Made by a program: the position numbers and the translations under genes
Shown here: positions 1 to 10,639 of the stretch, piece by piece
How the letters are laid out: each line of letters begins with the position of its first letter
Numbering within the stretch: the first letter of the stretch is position 1
Notes under the pieces: generated by a model
The model's database searches: none
What the model saw: the letters and a program-made list of their open reading frames with translations, nothing else
What the model was told of the DNA's origin: nothing
Origin: Macrostomum lignano
Lineage: Eukaryota
Length of the DNA stretch: 64,000 nt
Assembly: GCA_002269645.1 (NCBI GenBank)
Contig: NIVC01000794.1
Span: forward strand, 104,008 to 168,007
Direction of reading: 5' to 3'

Positions 1-424
1 GCCGGATTTCTACATGGTGGGTTTTCCGTGACTGGACTGTCTAGGGGGAAGTAGTTAGAATTTTTTATGTATGTGTATTTAATTTTATGTGTATTCGTAC
101 TCTGGCGGTGGTGGCACCATAGATCATGTATATTATCTATGGGTTGTGCCAACCACACAGTTACTCGAAATAAAGGCAGGGCGCATGCCAGTAAGAAGTT
201 TCTTGCTGGCGCTAACGCTAACCCACGTCTTACACTGTCGCCCAGCTTGACCAGGTCAAAGGAGTTCGTATCAAACCAATCGAGCATCGATTCTGCCCAA
301 CTCTGTATTACATGTGAGAATCAATGAGCGAAGAGCCTCAAGAAATGTATCATATTGATCATTTTGGAGCCACCGCACGCACCAACAGACTGAGGCATTA
401 TGCACAACTCGCACATATTGATAT

Positions 425-517
425 TGTTGACGCCAGCATGCTCCAATAAAATACCCAGCATATGAAAAAATATGTGCGAAATGCTCCAAGCCGAATCACT
501 TTGCTGCCGTCTGTCGG
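425..517 (+). pseudogene. Degenerate Gypsy gag zinc-knuckle remnant
   Basis: 452-517 translates to YPAYEKICAKCSKPNHFAAVCR, matching the CCHC knuckle CPAYGKKCSKCQKRNHFAAVCR of the Gypsy at 25-29 kb; an in-frame stop lies just upstream. Confidence 0.6.
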
Positions 518-1106
518 CATATTCGGCTACCCACACAATTAAGGCTGGGAACCTCCTTGTCCTTTCACAGGAGCAGTCTAGCGGTGAAATTATTCACATT
601 GAAGCATTACAAGGCACTATCGGATTGGATTGAACTATATTACACAGAGCAGCTGGCAGGTTAATGAATGCAAAAGGCGACGAAGTCGTGTTTAAAAGTC
701 CGCTATCCCTTGACAACCGCTATCCCTCTCTGAGCTGACCAAGATACCAGATAAAACTCAGCTAAACGCTCAAGTTGCAAAGCGCGATCGTGACCTGGAG
801 GAGTTGTCTTGAGACCACCATCTGGGGCCTATTTCATAAAGCACTTTTAGAACAAATTACAAGTGACAAGTGACGATTCCGCAAAATAATGCGTAAAAAC
901 AGCTACAACTTGACAAATCGACAAGTTACAAGTGACAAATGACAAGCGAAATTTTACAAATTACAAGCGCTTCTTTGGGGTTTTCATCCATAGACATGCA
1001 CTAAGCTGGATGCTTCTGTGTGAAAATACTTCTTCTTGTCTTGTGTTTTTGACAAGTCGCTGTGACTCTTGTAGCTTTTATCAAATCGTTTCCTTATGTG
1101 TTTTTT

Positions 1107-2000
1107 ATGTCCGATAGCGAAGACGAAGAATTAAAGCTCCTAGTGGCTCTAGAACCAGCGCAAATAGCTTTTAAAGAAAGAATCTACTTTCAGCCTCGGG
1201 GCCTTTACTTTTCCGAACGCTTCCGTCTCCGAATGGATCAGGTGGAGACTCTTTTTACAAACTATCGGTCCGGTGACTGAACATGGTACGCTCAGGAACA
1301 AAGCCCTTACATCTCAAGAGCAACTTTTGAGCACTTAAAGATTTCTGGCTTGTGGTAGCTTCTATTACGTCGTTGGAGACGCACATGGAGTTTTGAAGGC
1401 TACGATCTGTAGAACTGTTCGACGAGTTATATCGGCCTTGAACGAACAGTTTTTTGACCGGCTTGTTTGCTGGCTAGTCACGAATCAACAAATAATTCAA
1501 GTTGCGTTAGACTTTCATCGAATTGGTGGAATGCCGAGCGCTGCCGGCTGCGTTGACGGAACACTCATTTCAGATTGTTGCTCCAACAACCGATGAGGAT
1601 AAGTACGTGGACAGGCATGGAAATTACTCCATCAACTGCATGGTAGTCGCAGGCCCTAACAACCAGGCCTTCTATTTGTCTGCGCGATGGCCTGAACGCT
1701 TGAATGACAAGCGCGTGCTGAATATTAGCCCATTATCGCATTTGGCGGTGGCTGGCGCCCCTTTCCAAACGCCATTCTCCTCGGAGACAGTGGCTATGGA
1801 CTGAAGGAATGGCTCTTCACTCCAATATGAGGGGCAAATCTCGCAGAGGCAGTCCAAATTCAACGTTGTGCACGCAAAGACACGAAGACTTGTGGAATGT
1901 TTTTTTCGGAATTTTGAAGCGTTCAGCCCGCACACCTGATATGAATTCTCTCCTATAATTTCAAGGACTTTATTGTCCACAGCTGTTGGCATCAATTCCC
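1107..2000 (+). pseudogene. Harbinger DDE transposase (HARBI1-like), frameshifted
   Basis: Motifs across frames: GCVDGTLI, YSINCMVVAGP, SARWP, ILLGDSGYGLKEWLFTP, HAKTRRLVECFF; several frameshifts and stops. Confidence 0.85.
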
Positions 2001-2139
2001 TGCCACCTGCAATGCCAGTTTTGTTCCTTTTGTCTCGCTTCTTCTAAAAGACGGAAATGTAAGGAGGGCAACAATAAGATCACTGCAATCACTGCAATAA
2101 GATCACGGTAATTTGAGCTGATTCAGGCACAAAGTTGTA

Positions 2140-2262
2140 GCCCATTGTTGCACACCTTCAAACTTTCCTGCAACTTTTCTGCTTGTCCTTTTCCATCAAT
2201 GTGCTGGTGAACTTTCCGAACAAAACTTCCCCATCGGTCTTCGCTTCGTCTTTGTCTTTCAT
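2140..2262 (-). pseudogene. Possible Myb/SANT-like accessory gene remnant of the Harbinger
   Basis: Minus strand reads EVLFGKFTSTLMEKDKQK, resembling Harbinger Myb/SANT proteins, convergent with the transposase; short and broken. Confidence 0.4.
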
Positions 2263-2991
2263 TACAGTAAATAAAGTATTACAGACCGAGAAGAACACGG
2301 AGGCCGTTTTCCAAGCAAATTCGTCAAAGCAAAGCAAGACATAAATCCTAAAATTTTGGTCTGTTGTCTAAAGGCTGGATTGATTTCATAAGGTGGTTCA
2401 ACCATTGATACAAAAGAGTTATTTTTAACTAGTGACGCGCGATGTTTATAAAACCAAAATCGTTGATGACGACTGACACTTGTCACTTGTCACTTGTCAT
2501 TTGTCGACTTGTCACTTGTAGCTTTTTATGGAATCGACCCCTGTTCGGAATCCAAGAGCTACCTGCGATCATACCATTGAATTAAGTAAGACTTAGCTTC
2601 TTTAATTGCTAGTTTATTTTCAGTGCAGCAAGCATAGCATATTGAAAACAGAACTAGTGCTAACCAGTTAGCACACCAGTTATCCAACCAACTGTTGCAT
2701 ATGAGCCGTGTAGATGTAATACGCTCGTATAATCTTTGTATGTTTTTCAGCGTCCTCGGCCTTTCTCTGCCATAGGAACCAAAAGAACAGACAGAGATCG
2801 TACTTAATCTACAGATATTGGAAGCGACTGGGAGTGGGAGTGAGGTATTCGTCAAAAGCGGGGATGTGGGGGCGCAGCCCCCAACATTTAGCCATAGACA
2901 TAAAAATTAAAGTAAAAGATTCGATGCTTAAATTAAAAGCGAGAAAGGAAAGGTTTGGGCAGCTAGAGAAAATCAGAGAGAACTGAGAATC

Positions 2992-4272
2992 ATGGAACAC
3001 GACTTGGAACTCGCTTTCGACTGGTTGAATGACATTGAATTGAGAGAAAACGAGGCTTCTAGATTTGCTTTACTGTCCGATAACGAGGTTGCTGAAAGGA
3101 TTTACGCTGCTGCGCCGGAATCGACACGCCGGAAGGAACGATGGGCACTAAAGCTATTTGACGACTGGTTTCAGGAGAGGCAAACCAAACTGCTTCATGG
3201 AGACGCCTGCGGTCTATCTGTGTTTAAGGAGCGTTCCGAATGGGGAAAATCGGATTGGAACTATTTACTAAAGACCTTCCTGTTCGAGGTTAGAAAAACT
3301 GACGGTACCAAGTATAACTCGAACAGTCTGAGAGATATGTTTAACATGTTGCAGCGATACGTACATTTTGGACTTGGCACTAACTGGAATCTATGGAAAG
3401 ATGATGATTTTCTGGGTGCTCGAAGAGCGCTTGATGCTGCGATGAAGGAGACGACCAAGGAGGGCAACGTTGCTGGAAAGTTTGCTTCTGACCCGATTCC
3501 GTTCGACATGGAAAAAGATCTATGGGTTAAGAAACTCCTTGGTACAGGCGATCCCAAGACTCTGGTGTATACGCTCGTGTTCTATATCGGAAAAAACTTC
3601 GCCATACGTGGTGGTACAGAGCTGCACAGTCTAAAGAGAGGCAAAGAGATTTGCTTGGAACTACACGATGGCCAGGAAATTTTGGTCTACAGAGAGGAGC
3701 GGAGCACGAAAACCAACAACGCTGGGATCAGAAGCAAGAATCGTCCTGTGAAGGTTTTCATGGCTTCGCACACCCCAGATCATGAGCGCTGCCTTCCGTG
3801 CATCTATAAAATCTACGACGGCTACCGACCGGAGCAATGTAAGCACGAGAACCTCTTTCTGACTTGGTTTCGAAGTGAGTCTGCCATTAAGAGCGGCAGA
3901 TGGTACCAGAATGAACCTATCGGCCGGCATACTCTCGACTCTATTGTGGCGAATATCACCAAGCCCGTGTCTACGGATGGTAAACTCTCAAACCAGTCTC
4001 TAAGGAAGACTTGTGCCAGCACGTTGCATCAGGCTGGACTGGCTAGGGACGATATAGCCCGCGTCACTGGACATTCGTCCAACGCAATTCAGACGTACAT
4101 ACGGCTAGACGTCCAGGACCATTCGCGTATGAGCTACGCTCTACACGCCGGAGGAGCCGTGGAGTCCAACGGGCGGACCAATGAGCAAGATGTCGTGTCT
4201 GAGGGTACTACCAAGAAGATGCGCATGACTGTCCACGGTGACACCAACACCGTAGAAATCATGTTCGAGTGA
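2992..4272 (+). CDS. YR1: Crypton-type (DUF3504-like) tyrosine recombinase, open reading frame intact
   Basis: 426-aa intronless ORF with FAIRGGTE (catalytic R), NQSLRKT (HxxR position with Q instead of H), VTGH and IQTY (nucleophile Y); flanked by CCATAGAC at 2892 and 4443. Confidence 0.85.
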   Translation: MEHDLELAFDWLNDIELRENEASRFALLSDNEVAERIYAAAPESTRRKERWALKLFDDWFQERQTKLLHGDACGLSVFKERSEWGKSDWNYLLKTFLFEVRKTDGTKYNSNSLRDMFNMLQRYVHFGLGTNWNLWKDDDFLGARRALDAAMKETTKEGNVAGKFASDPIPFDMEKDLWVKKLLGTGDPKTLVYTLVFYIGKNFAIRGGTELHSLKRGKEICLELHDGQEILVYREERSTKTNNAGIRSKNRPVKVFMASHTPDHERCLPCIYKIYDGYRPEQCKHENLFLTWFRSESAIKSGRWYQNEPIGRHTLDSIVANITKPVSTDGKLSNQSLRKTCASTLHQAGLARDDIARVTGHSSNAIQTYIRLDVQDHSRMSYALHAGGAVESNGRTNEQDVVSEGTTKKMRMTVHGDTNTVEIMFE

Positions 4273-4376
4273 ATCGGCAAGAATGAATCGGTCGTTACTG
4301 CTGTTGATAGTTTATACATCTAATGGACTAACTAACAAATTATAGTCGTTCTAAAATGTTCTCAGGCCTTGTTCTT

Positions 4377-4402
4377 AGGCCTGTTAACCGGTTAACAGGC
4401 CT
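4377..4402. repeat. Perfect 26-bp palindrome downstream of YR1
   Basis: AGGCCTGTTAACCGGTTAACAGGCCT is its own reverse complement. Confidence 0.95.
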
Positions 4403-4719
4403 CGTTTTGAGTTCTCAGGCTTCGTTTTTTAGTGAGGTTTGGCCATAGACTATCGTTCCACTAGAAAAGAAGGAATTTAGTGTGAACCGTCATATCTGTA
4501 GGTTAAGTATAAGTTCTTTCTGTTTCCGAACCGAGTTCTCAGCCAGGGGGTTGGACCAGAGAAGTGAAGAAAACGGAAAGAATATATTTCCCAATCGTTT
4601 GGTCGGTCCATATGAGCCGACTGTAGTACCGTGAGATGTCTATGGTCAAGACTGCTACTTAGTGGAATTTAAGACGAAAATTTAATTTTTCAAGCACATA
4701 CTTAAATCAATTGACAAGC

Positions 4720-5985
4720 ATGGAGACTTTCGATTTTGATCTCAGGATCGACTTTGAGCCCATTGACTTTGCGACAATCGAGGAAGTATTGGATGCTACG
4801 GGAGCGCATCCAAATTGTCCTTGTCGCTTCTTTGTCCAGCTATTTGCGGCCTTTCTTCTCAACAGTCGAAAAGGCTGATGGCTCTGCCTATAGCTGCAGT
4901 ACTCTCGTCTGCATGAGGGCCGCTATTCATCGGTTCATACTTGGTATTCGGCGCATGCCCATTATTGGTAACCCAGAGTTCGTTGATTTTGACAAGACGT
5001 TCAAGGCCGCTCTAACATTCTCTCTGAAACAACCAGTTTCTGTGGTTGATGGTGAGCGTGGATATCGCACAATTGAGAAGGACTACTTGGAGAAGCTTCA
5101 CGTCTATTTCGACAGGGCAAATCCAAAGATGCTTCAACAGGTGTTCTTTCTCATCGCTTTCCATTTTGGATTCAGAGGTCGAGAGTGGTTCCGATCTCTA
5201 AAAAAGGAGGACATCATCGTGAGGTACCGTGACGGAGAAGTGGGATGCATCGATCAAATAAAGGGTAAACATGAGAAGAATGTTTCAGCCAAGTGTGTCG
5301 ACACCAGAAAGGAGATCGGAATATTTCCAGTGAGTGATAAGGCCGTCTGTCCGGTCCAGGCAGTGCTACTTTACCTATGAAGCTGCCAGAGGAAAATTCA
5401 AGCCTCTTCCCAAAGCCACGAGCCAAGTGGAATGACGACGGTTGGTACTGCAAGAAGGAAGTCCTTGGCAAGAATAGCCTAGCTGAACTTATGAAAGTCA
5501 TCTCCACTGAGGCTGGCCTCTCGCGGCAGTATACCAACCATTATATCCGATCGACAACGGTCACCACTTTATGTGAACCAGGATTCCCGATGGAAAATAT
5601 TCCGGCTGTTTCCGGACACAAGAAGACAGAGAGCGTGGTTCGTTACACTAAGCGGATTTCCATTGATCATAAGCGTTCGCTCTCAACAGCAATGACTTCC
5701 AGCCTGCGTGGAATCGAAACGCATTTGGAAGTTATCCTGAAGAAGCGCGCCGCTATTGGACAGGTGACTGTTCCGTCTGTAATGCACTACCTCAGTGGTT
5801 CAGTCGACACCGTCTTCTGTTTTGAGCGACCATCAACGGGAGCCGACTATTGTGCTGGAGAGGAACGGGGCAAATTGCTCGATTTATCTGTAAGAATGGC
5901 GACGTCTCTTGTTAATCTGAAAGAACTGAACTTGACTCTATGTTTCATGTACTCTGTTCCATGTTTTTGTTTCCATAATCCATAG
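4720..5985 (+). pseudogene. YR2: Crypton-type tyrosine recombinase, frameshifted
   Basis: ATG at 4720; motifs FHFGFRGREW, TNHYIRST and VSGHKKTESVVRY lie in three frames (shifts near 4830 and 5377); AATAAA at 5987. Confidence 0.85.
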
Positions 5986-6067
5986 AAATAAAGACTTTCC
6001 GTGACAATATTTGCGTTCTCCGGGATTTTATTTGGTAATATTCAATAATATCCCGTAAAGTCTTTAT

Positions 6068-6366
6068 GTCTATGGTTTATACGAGATTACACATGCCTTT
6101 TTCGGGAGTTATTTTCATAAATCCCTCAAAAGGCATGTTTAATCTGATACATAAATAAATTGATGATTTTCCGAGCCGATAATTATATTAACTGCCCGGA
6201 ATTTGCGGGCAGTTATTGCAGTTTAAACCATAGACATATATGCTTCACTTATTTTGCATAAATTTGTGAAAGAAGAAACGAGAAGTATCAGATTAAACAT
6301 GCCTTTTGAGGGAGTTATTTGTATTTTTTTGTAGAAGGCATGTTTAATCTCGTATAAACCATAGAC
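6068..6366. mobile_element. MITE-like foldback unit bounded by GTCTATGG...CCATAGAC
   Basis: 6068-6150 pairs with about 6280-6366 (GTCTATGGTTTATACGAGATTA...CCCTCAAAAGGCATGTTTAATCTGATAC); central hairpin TAACTGCCCG/CGGGCAGTTA; no coding content. Confidence 0.75.
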
Positions 6367-6561
6367 TAGACTCCGGGATTATATCGGATAATATCCCGGA
6401 GTTGTAATATAATCCCGCAAAATACAAAAACAATTGTCTATGTCAAAATGCCAAGTGACTAAGAATCGGGGTCGAGGGGGTGCATAGCTCGCTGTGGGAG
6501 TGTTGGGGCGGAGCCCTCACATATAAGCAGCACTGAAAATAATTATCTATGGTCAAAACTG

Positions 6562-7506
6562 ATGTCTGTTTCTAAAAGGCCACGCGTCAGGAGACTGGGT
6601 CTGACTTTCATTTACCTGTTGAATTTGAGAGTATATCGAAAGGCTTTGCGATGCGGCGATCGACTTCTGAACCCACTCGTGGATTACTCTAGAGATTTTA
6701 TCGGCAACATCGAACCGAACATTCTACCGGCTGATTTCGTGGAGTCACGCGCTGGTGGAGATATTCGAGATCATGAGTGGCTGGCGGCTGAGATGGATAA
6801 ATATCAAGAAGATGTACAGCTACAAGACCTATACGGGATGGAGCTTTTGGAGGCCCCGTTAATCGAAAAGGACGGAGAAAATGGATCGATGGACGGCGGC
6901 ATGGAAGGTGTCAAACGTTTTGCTGTAGTCGACAGTTTTGCCGCTCTGAACAAGTCTGTCCGTCCGAAAGGCACCAACAATCGGAACAATTGGGCCCTGC
7001 GACTTTCCCAGGAATGGGTGAGCTCACGTGTCAGTGAGATAGGCACGAAACCCATCGTTGAGTTCAGCTGTGAGGAAATCAACACGATTTTTGGACGTTG
7101 CATCGACGAAGCGCGGAAGGTCAATGGTGAGCATTATCCTAGAGGGTCATTAGTATCGATAGCCGCAGGACTTAATGCGGTCATTTGAGAGGTCCAGCCG
7201 ACAGTAGATCTTTTTAAGTCGATGGAGCTACGGCCATTAAGAGACTCGTTAGACGCCGCGATGAAACTTTCAACTGCCTTCACTGGTACTTCACTGAACA
7301 CTAAGCCGGCTGGAATTCTCAGTGTTACTGACGAAGAGAAAATATGGCGATCAGGAGTTCTCGGCTTGGATAATCCGGACTGTTTGACCAAGACGCGCTT
7401 CTTTCTGAATGGGCTCCACTTCGCCCTACGTGGAGGTGAGGAGCATTCGAATCTGCTGTTTTCGCAGATAAGAATTGAAATTCGCGACAACGAAGAGTGT
7501 CTTGTT
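6562..7506 (+). pseudogene. YR3: DUF3504-type recombinase, 3'-truncated by an insertion
   Basis: Homologous to YR1 (NWALRL..EW, ARKVNGEHYP, LDAAMK, VLGLDNP, LHFALRGGEEH); stop at 7186-7188; similarity ends at the 8-bp TSD at 7499-7506. Confidence 0.8.
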
Positions 7507-8050
7507 CATGGATGAAGGAATAGAAAGGATCGCTCATCTGAAAACGAGTCTATGGCCAAAACCTACTAAAAATTGGGATATTCCCCCCCCCACGAATTTT
7601 ATTGGCTGCTGGAATTTAATATACCTTTTCAACTTCGGATTCGTCAAAAGTGAGTTCAAATTCGTCAGCGTATGCAAAACTATATGCCGCTCAAGGGGAA
7701 GAGAATGAGTGTCTAAGTCATTTTTAGAGAGTGACTTCGAATTCGTCTAAGTAAGTGAAATTCGTCAGTGCAAATACAGCCTGATCAGAAAGTGTTTGCT
7801 TTGTCCATGGTAAGAAAAGAAGATGTCTATGGTAAGTTTAAGTAAGAAAGTGAGTGAAGTTCGTCTGTGGAAAAGTAACCCAATTTCTTGAAATCTTCAT
7901 TTCATGCTTTGATTGTTGTCAGAGATGCCCTACATGACAACAAACAGCCAATGTAACGCACAAAGTCCCGTCAAGCCGACGACTGATTGCCTGCATTGTC
8001 ACAGCAGGAGCAGCAGGAAAATCTGCAACAAGCTTTTGCTGCATTTCTTA

Positions 8051-8419
8051 GGGGGCCGTAGCCCAGCGGTAGCGCAGCTGCTCTGGTGTGCCAGCGACCC
8101 AGGCTCGATTCCAAGTGCAGTCACATTAATTTGGGGCTGAATAGGAATCTCGGCTTGGCTCTGCTCGTGCGATTAACGGCCTTGAGAGCCAACCCCCCAA
8201 GGCGCAGTGAAGTGTGTGTACATGCCTAACGATAATATAAAGTTTGGGCCGCTGTACACTCCTGTGTGAGTGTGTGCCTGCGTACGTATCCGCGCGCTTG
8301 TATGCCTGCTCAGGGGAGTCGGCGGAATGGGCAGTAATGCCTCTCGCCGGTTGTGTGCCTATGTCGCTTAAAGTGCGCCAGGGTGCACACAACCCCCCTG
8401 CCTCTAATAAAAATAAAAT
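8051..8419 (+). mobile_element. tRNA-derived SINE inside the Tc1-like element
   Basis: GGGGCCGTAGCCCAGCGGTAG (A-box-like) and GGCTCGATTCC (B-box-like) head; ends in AATAAAAATAAAA. Confidence 0.6.
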
Positions 8420-8684
8420 GCTGCATTTCTTTGAGGGTCACAGTCGGCTTCTCTTCCACATACCTCGTCAACGCCCCGAGCATCTCCTCAGAAAACTTTA
8501 GTCTCACTGCACCTCCTCGCGCGTTAAGATCAATCCTACCCTCATCAACATATCTCCTGATGATGTCACTAGCAGTTGTCATCTTGATATCTAGTTCAAT
8601 TGCGAGTTGTCTCCAGTCTTGTCCTTGTTGAAAACATCGCACGAGTCTAGAGCGATCCACAGACGAAATTCTCATGTAGGGCAT
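8420..8684 (-). pseudogene. Tc1/IS630-type transposase N-terminal HTH fragment
   Basis: MPYMRISSVDRSRLVRCFQQGQDWRQLAIELDIKMTTASDIIRRYVDEGRIDLNARGGAVRLKF...PTVTLKEMQ is a paired-like HTH with the RGG linker; no DDE domain follows. Confidence 0.7.
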
Positions 8685-9639
8685 CTCTGACAACAATCAA
8701 AGCATGAAATGAAGATTTCAAGAAATTGGGTTACTTTTCCACAGACGAACTTCACTCACTTTCTTACTTAAACTTACCATAAAAATCTTCTTTTCTTACC
8801 ATGGATAAAGCAAACACTTTTTCTGATCAGGCTGTATTTGCACGGACGAATTTCACTTACTTAGACGAATTCGAAGTCACTTTCTCTAAAAATTTACCCT
8901 TGAGCGCTATATAGTTTTGCATACGTTGACGAATTTGAACTCACTTTTGACGAATCCGAAGTTGAAAAGGTATAATAGTCCCCCCCTAAGTTCTTACTGG
9001 CTGAAGCTTGTACGAGGGGGAAATTCCTAAGTCACGATTAGCATGCATACTATGTAGGCTGTAGTAGAATAAACATAGATAACCTTTTTTCTTGTTTTAA
9101 ACGCTAATTTCTTTCCCCTAAGCCGTCATGGCCCAGAGGAAGAAAGCAGTTAGAGATGTCTAGCCAACGTACATGCATCAAATAGCTCTGTTTTTGTTCT
9201 GTGTTAAGTTGTTTTCGTCTAAAGCTGGATAGCCAAGCGCTACTGCGCTGCTCAGAACAGCTCGTCTAAGATTGGTGACAGAAATGAGGACGGCAGCAAG
9301 GTTAGTTTTTTTTACTTTCCTATTAAGTCAAGCCAGCAGCTCTCCATTTGGCTATCGAGCATAAATACTAGTCCAAAGTTTACGCCAAGGCGAAATACTG
9401 AGCTGTGCGACGAATATTTTTCTCCAGACTCATGATCGTTGTTATCTCAAGGGAAAAAGAAAAAAACTTAACCCTGTCGCAATACCAGTGCAATACCCAG
9501 CTACGCCGCAGCTTCCAGCTTCAATCCCGCCTCAAGATGCTTTTTCCTCAAGTTCCTCACTTTTTTGCTAACTAGCCCCTCACTTCTTTAAAGTTCAATC
9601 GCTTTATGCTTAGTTGTCTTGTTTCTTAATTTTTGCAGT

Positions 9640-9947
9640 AATAATTTAATAATTGATTACACCTGCCCCAATTGGACCAGATGTGCAACCGACAGCTCAG
9701 TCGCAGCTATTCTGCGGCGCATCTGAAGGCTGCGTACGGCTGTTAAGTCTAAGGACTGATGGGGTCGCCACACACACCCTTAATTACCCCAGCTAATGCT
9801 GGCACCCATTTTACAGCTGGGTGAACTGAAGCAATGCAGAGTTAAGCGTCTTGCTCAAGGACACAAATTGTTCCAGTGGGATCGGGAATCGAAACCCCGA
9901 CCTTCAAGTCGTGAGTCCGACGCTCTGACCACTAGGCTACAACCCCC
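9640..9947 (-). mobile_element. tRNA-derived SINE with a CORE-like central domain
   Basis: Minus strand: GTAGCCTAGTGG (A box), GGTTTCGATTCCC (B box), then GTGTCCTTGAGCAAGACGCTTAAC...CAGCTGTAAAATGGG resembling the MIR/CORE consensus; short ATT-rich tail. Confidence 0.7.
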
Positions 9948-10639
9948 GTTAATTTTTGCAACAAATTGTTATTTGTTTCAATCACTGCATCCTTCAATTC
10001 CTCTACATAATCAGTCAAGTTTATACAAAATCAGTCTAAAATCAGTCTACTATATATACAAAAAATACAAACTGCTGGTCTATCAAGAGGCAAAATTTGT
10101 TTATCAGGCAAAAGAGCGCAAATGTAATGTCTGGCCATGTAACTTGTATGGCTTTAAAATAGTGCATTCTTTCCCTATGCGCGTTAATCCGTGACTTTGG
10201 AATTCCCCCCCCCCCGCGTACAAGCTTCAGCCAGTAAAAACTTAGGGGGGGGACTATTATTAAATTCCAGCAGCCAATAAAATTCATGGGGGGGGAATAT
10301 CCCAATTTTTAGTAGGTTTTGGCCATAGACTCGTTTTCAGATGAGCGATCCTTTCTATTCCTTCATCCATGGTCTTGTTATCGTAAGCTATCGTAAGATA
10401 TCGTAAGATAACAGCATAAGCTGTTATCGTTGCAATGATGGATTGACACTAACTATTGAGTGCTGTTAACGTCTATGCACTCGTGCGCTACGCATTGTAC
10501 GAACGCGAAATTATTCTCTCTCGTGGCCATAGACCCGTTATCTGCACGCTTTTCGGGTATCACCGATAGACATATATCTATATAACTTTTAAGAGCGTTT
10601 GAAGTTTAAGAAGAACCCAGAAATCACGCGATCTACAAC

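Larger units (their letters stand above)
825..2540 (+). mobile_element. PIF/Harbinger DNA transposon (decayed)
   Basis: Imperfect TIRs (GGGCCTATTTCATAAAGC versus reverse complement GGGTCGATTCCATAAAAAGC), subterminal ACAAGT(G/T) repeats at both ends, CTG direct repeat at 822-824 and 2541-2543 (CWG-type TSD), and a HARBI1-like transposase inside. Confidence 0.85.
7622..8972 (-). mobile_element. IS630/Tc1/mariner-like element, internally deleted, with about 300-bp TIRs
   Basis: TIRs 7622-7937 and 8672-8972; TA TSD at 7620-7621 and 8973-8974. The uninterrupted site GGAATTTAATAATAGTCCCC survives in the opposite arm of the host element (reverse complement near 10250-10270). Confidence 0.85.
7507..10371. 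mobile_element. Non-autonomous long-TIR DNA transposon with 8-bp TSD (P- or hAT-like)
   Basis: Ends CATGGATGAAGG...CCTTCATCCATG; TIR arms 7507-7621 plus 8975-9030 pair with about 10196-10371; GTCTTGTT duplicated at 7499-7506 and 10372-10379. Confidence 0.8.

Noticed and set aside
9200-9295. pogo/Brinker-type HTH remnant (FRLKL...SEQLV*DW*QK)
   Set aside because: Too short and stop-ridden to support.
8051-9947. Genuine tRNA genes at 8051 and 9947
   Set aside because: A and B boxes are present but I could not fold a full cloverleaf, and both continue into SINE-like bodies with simple tails.
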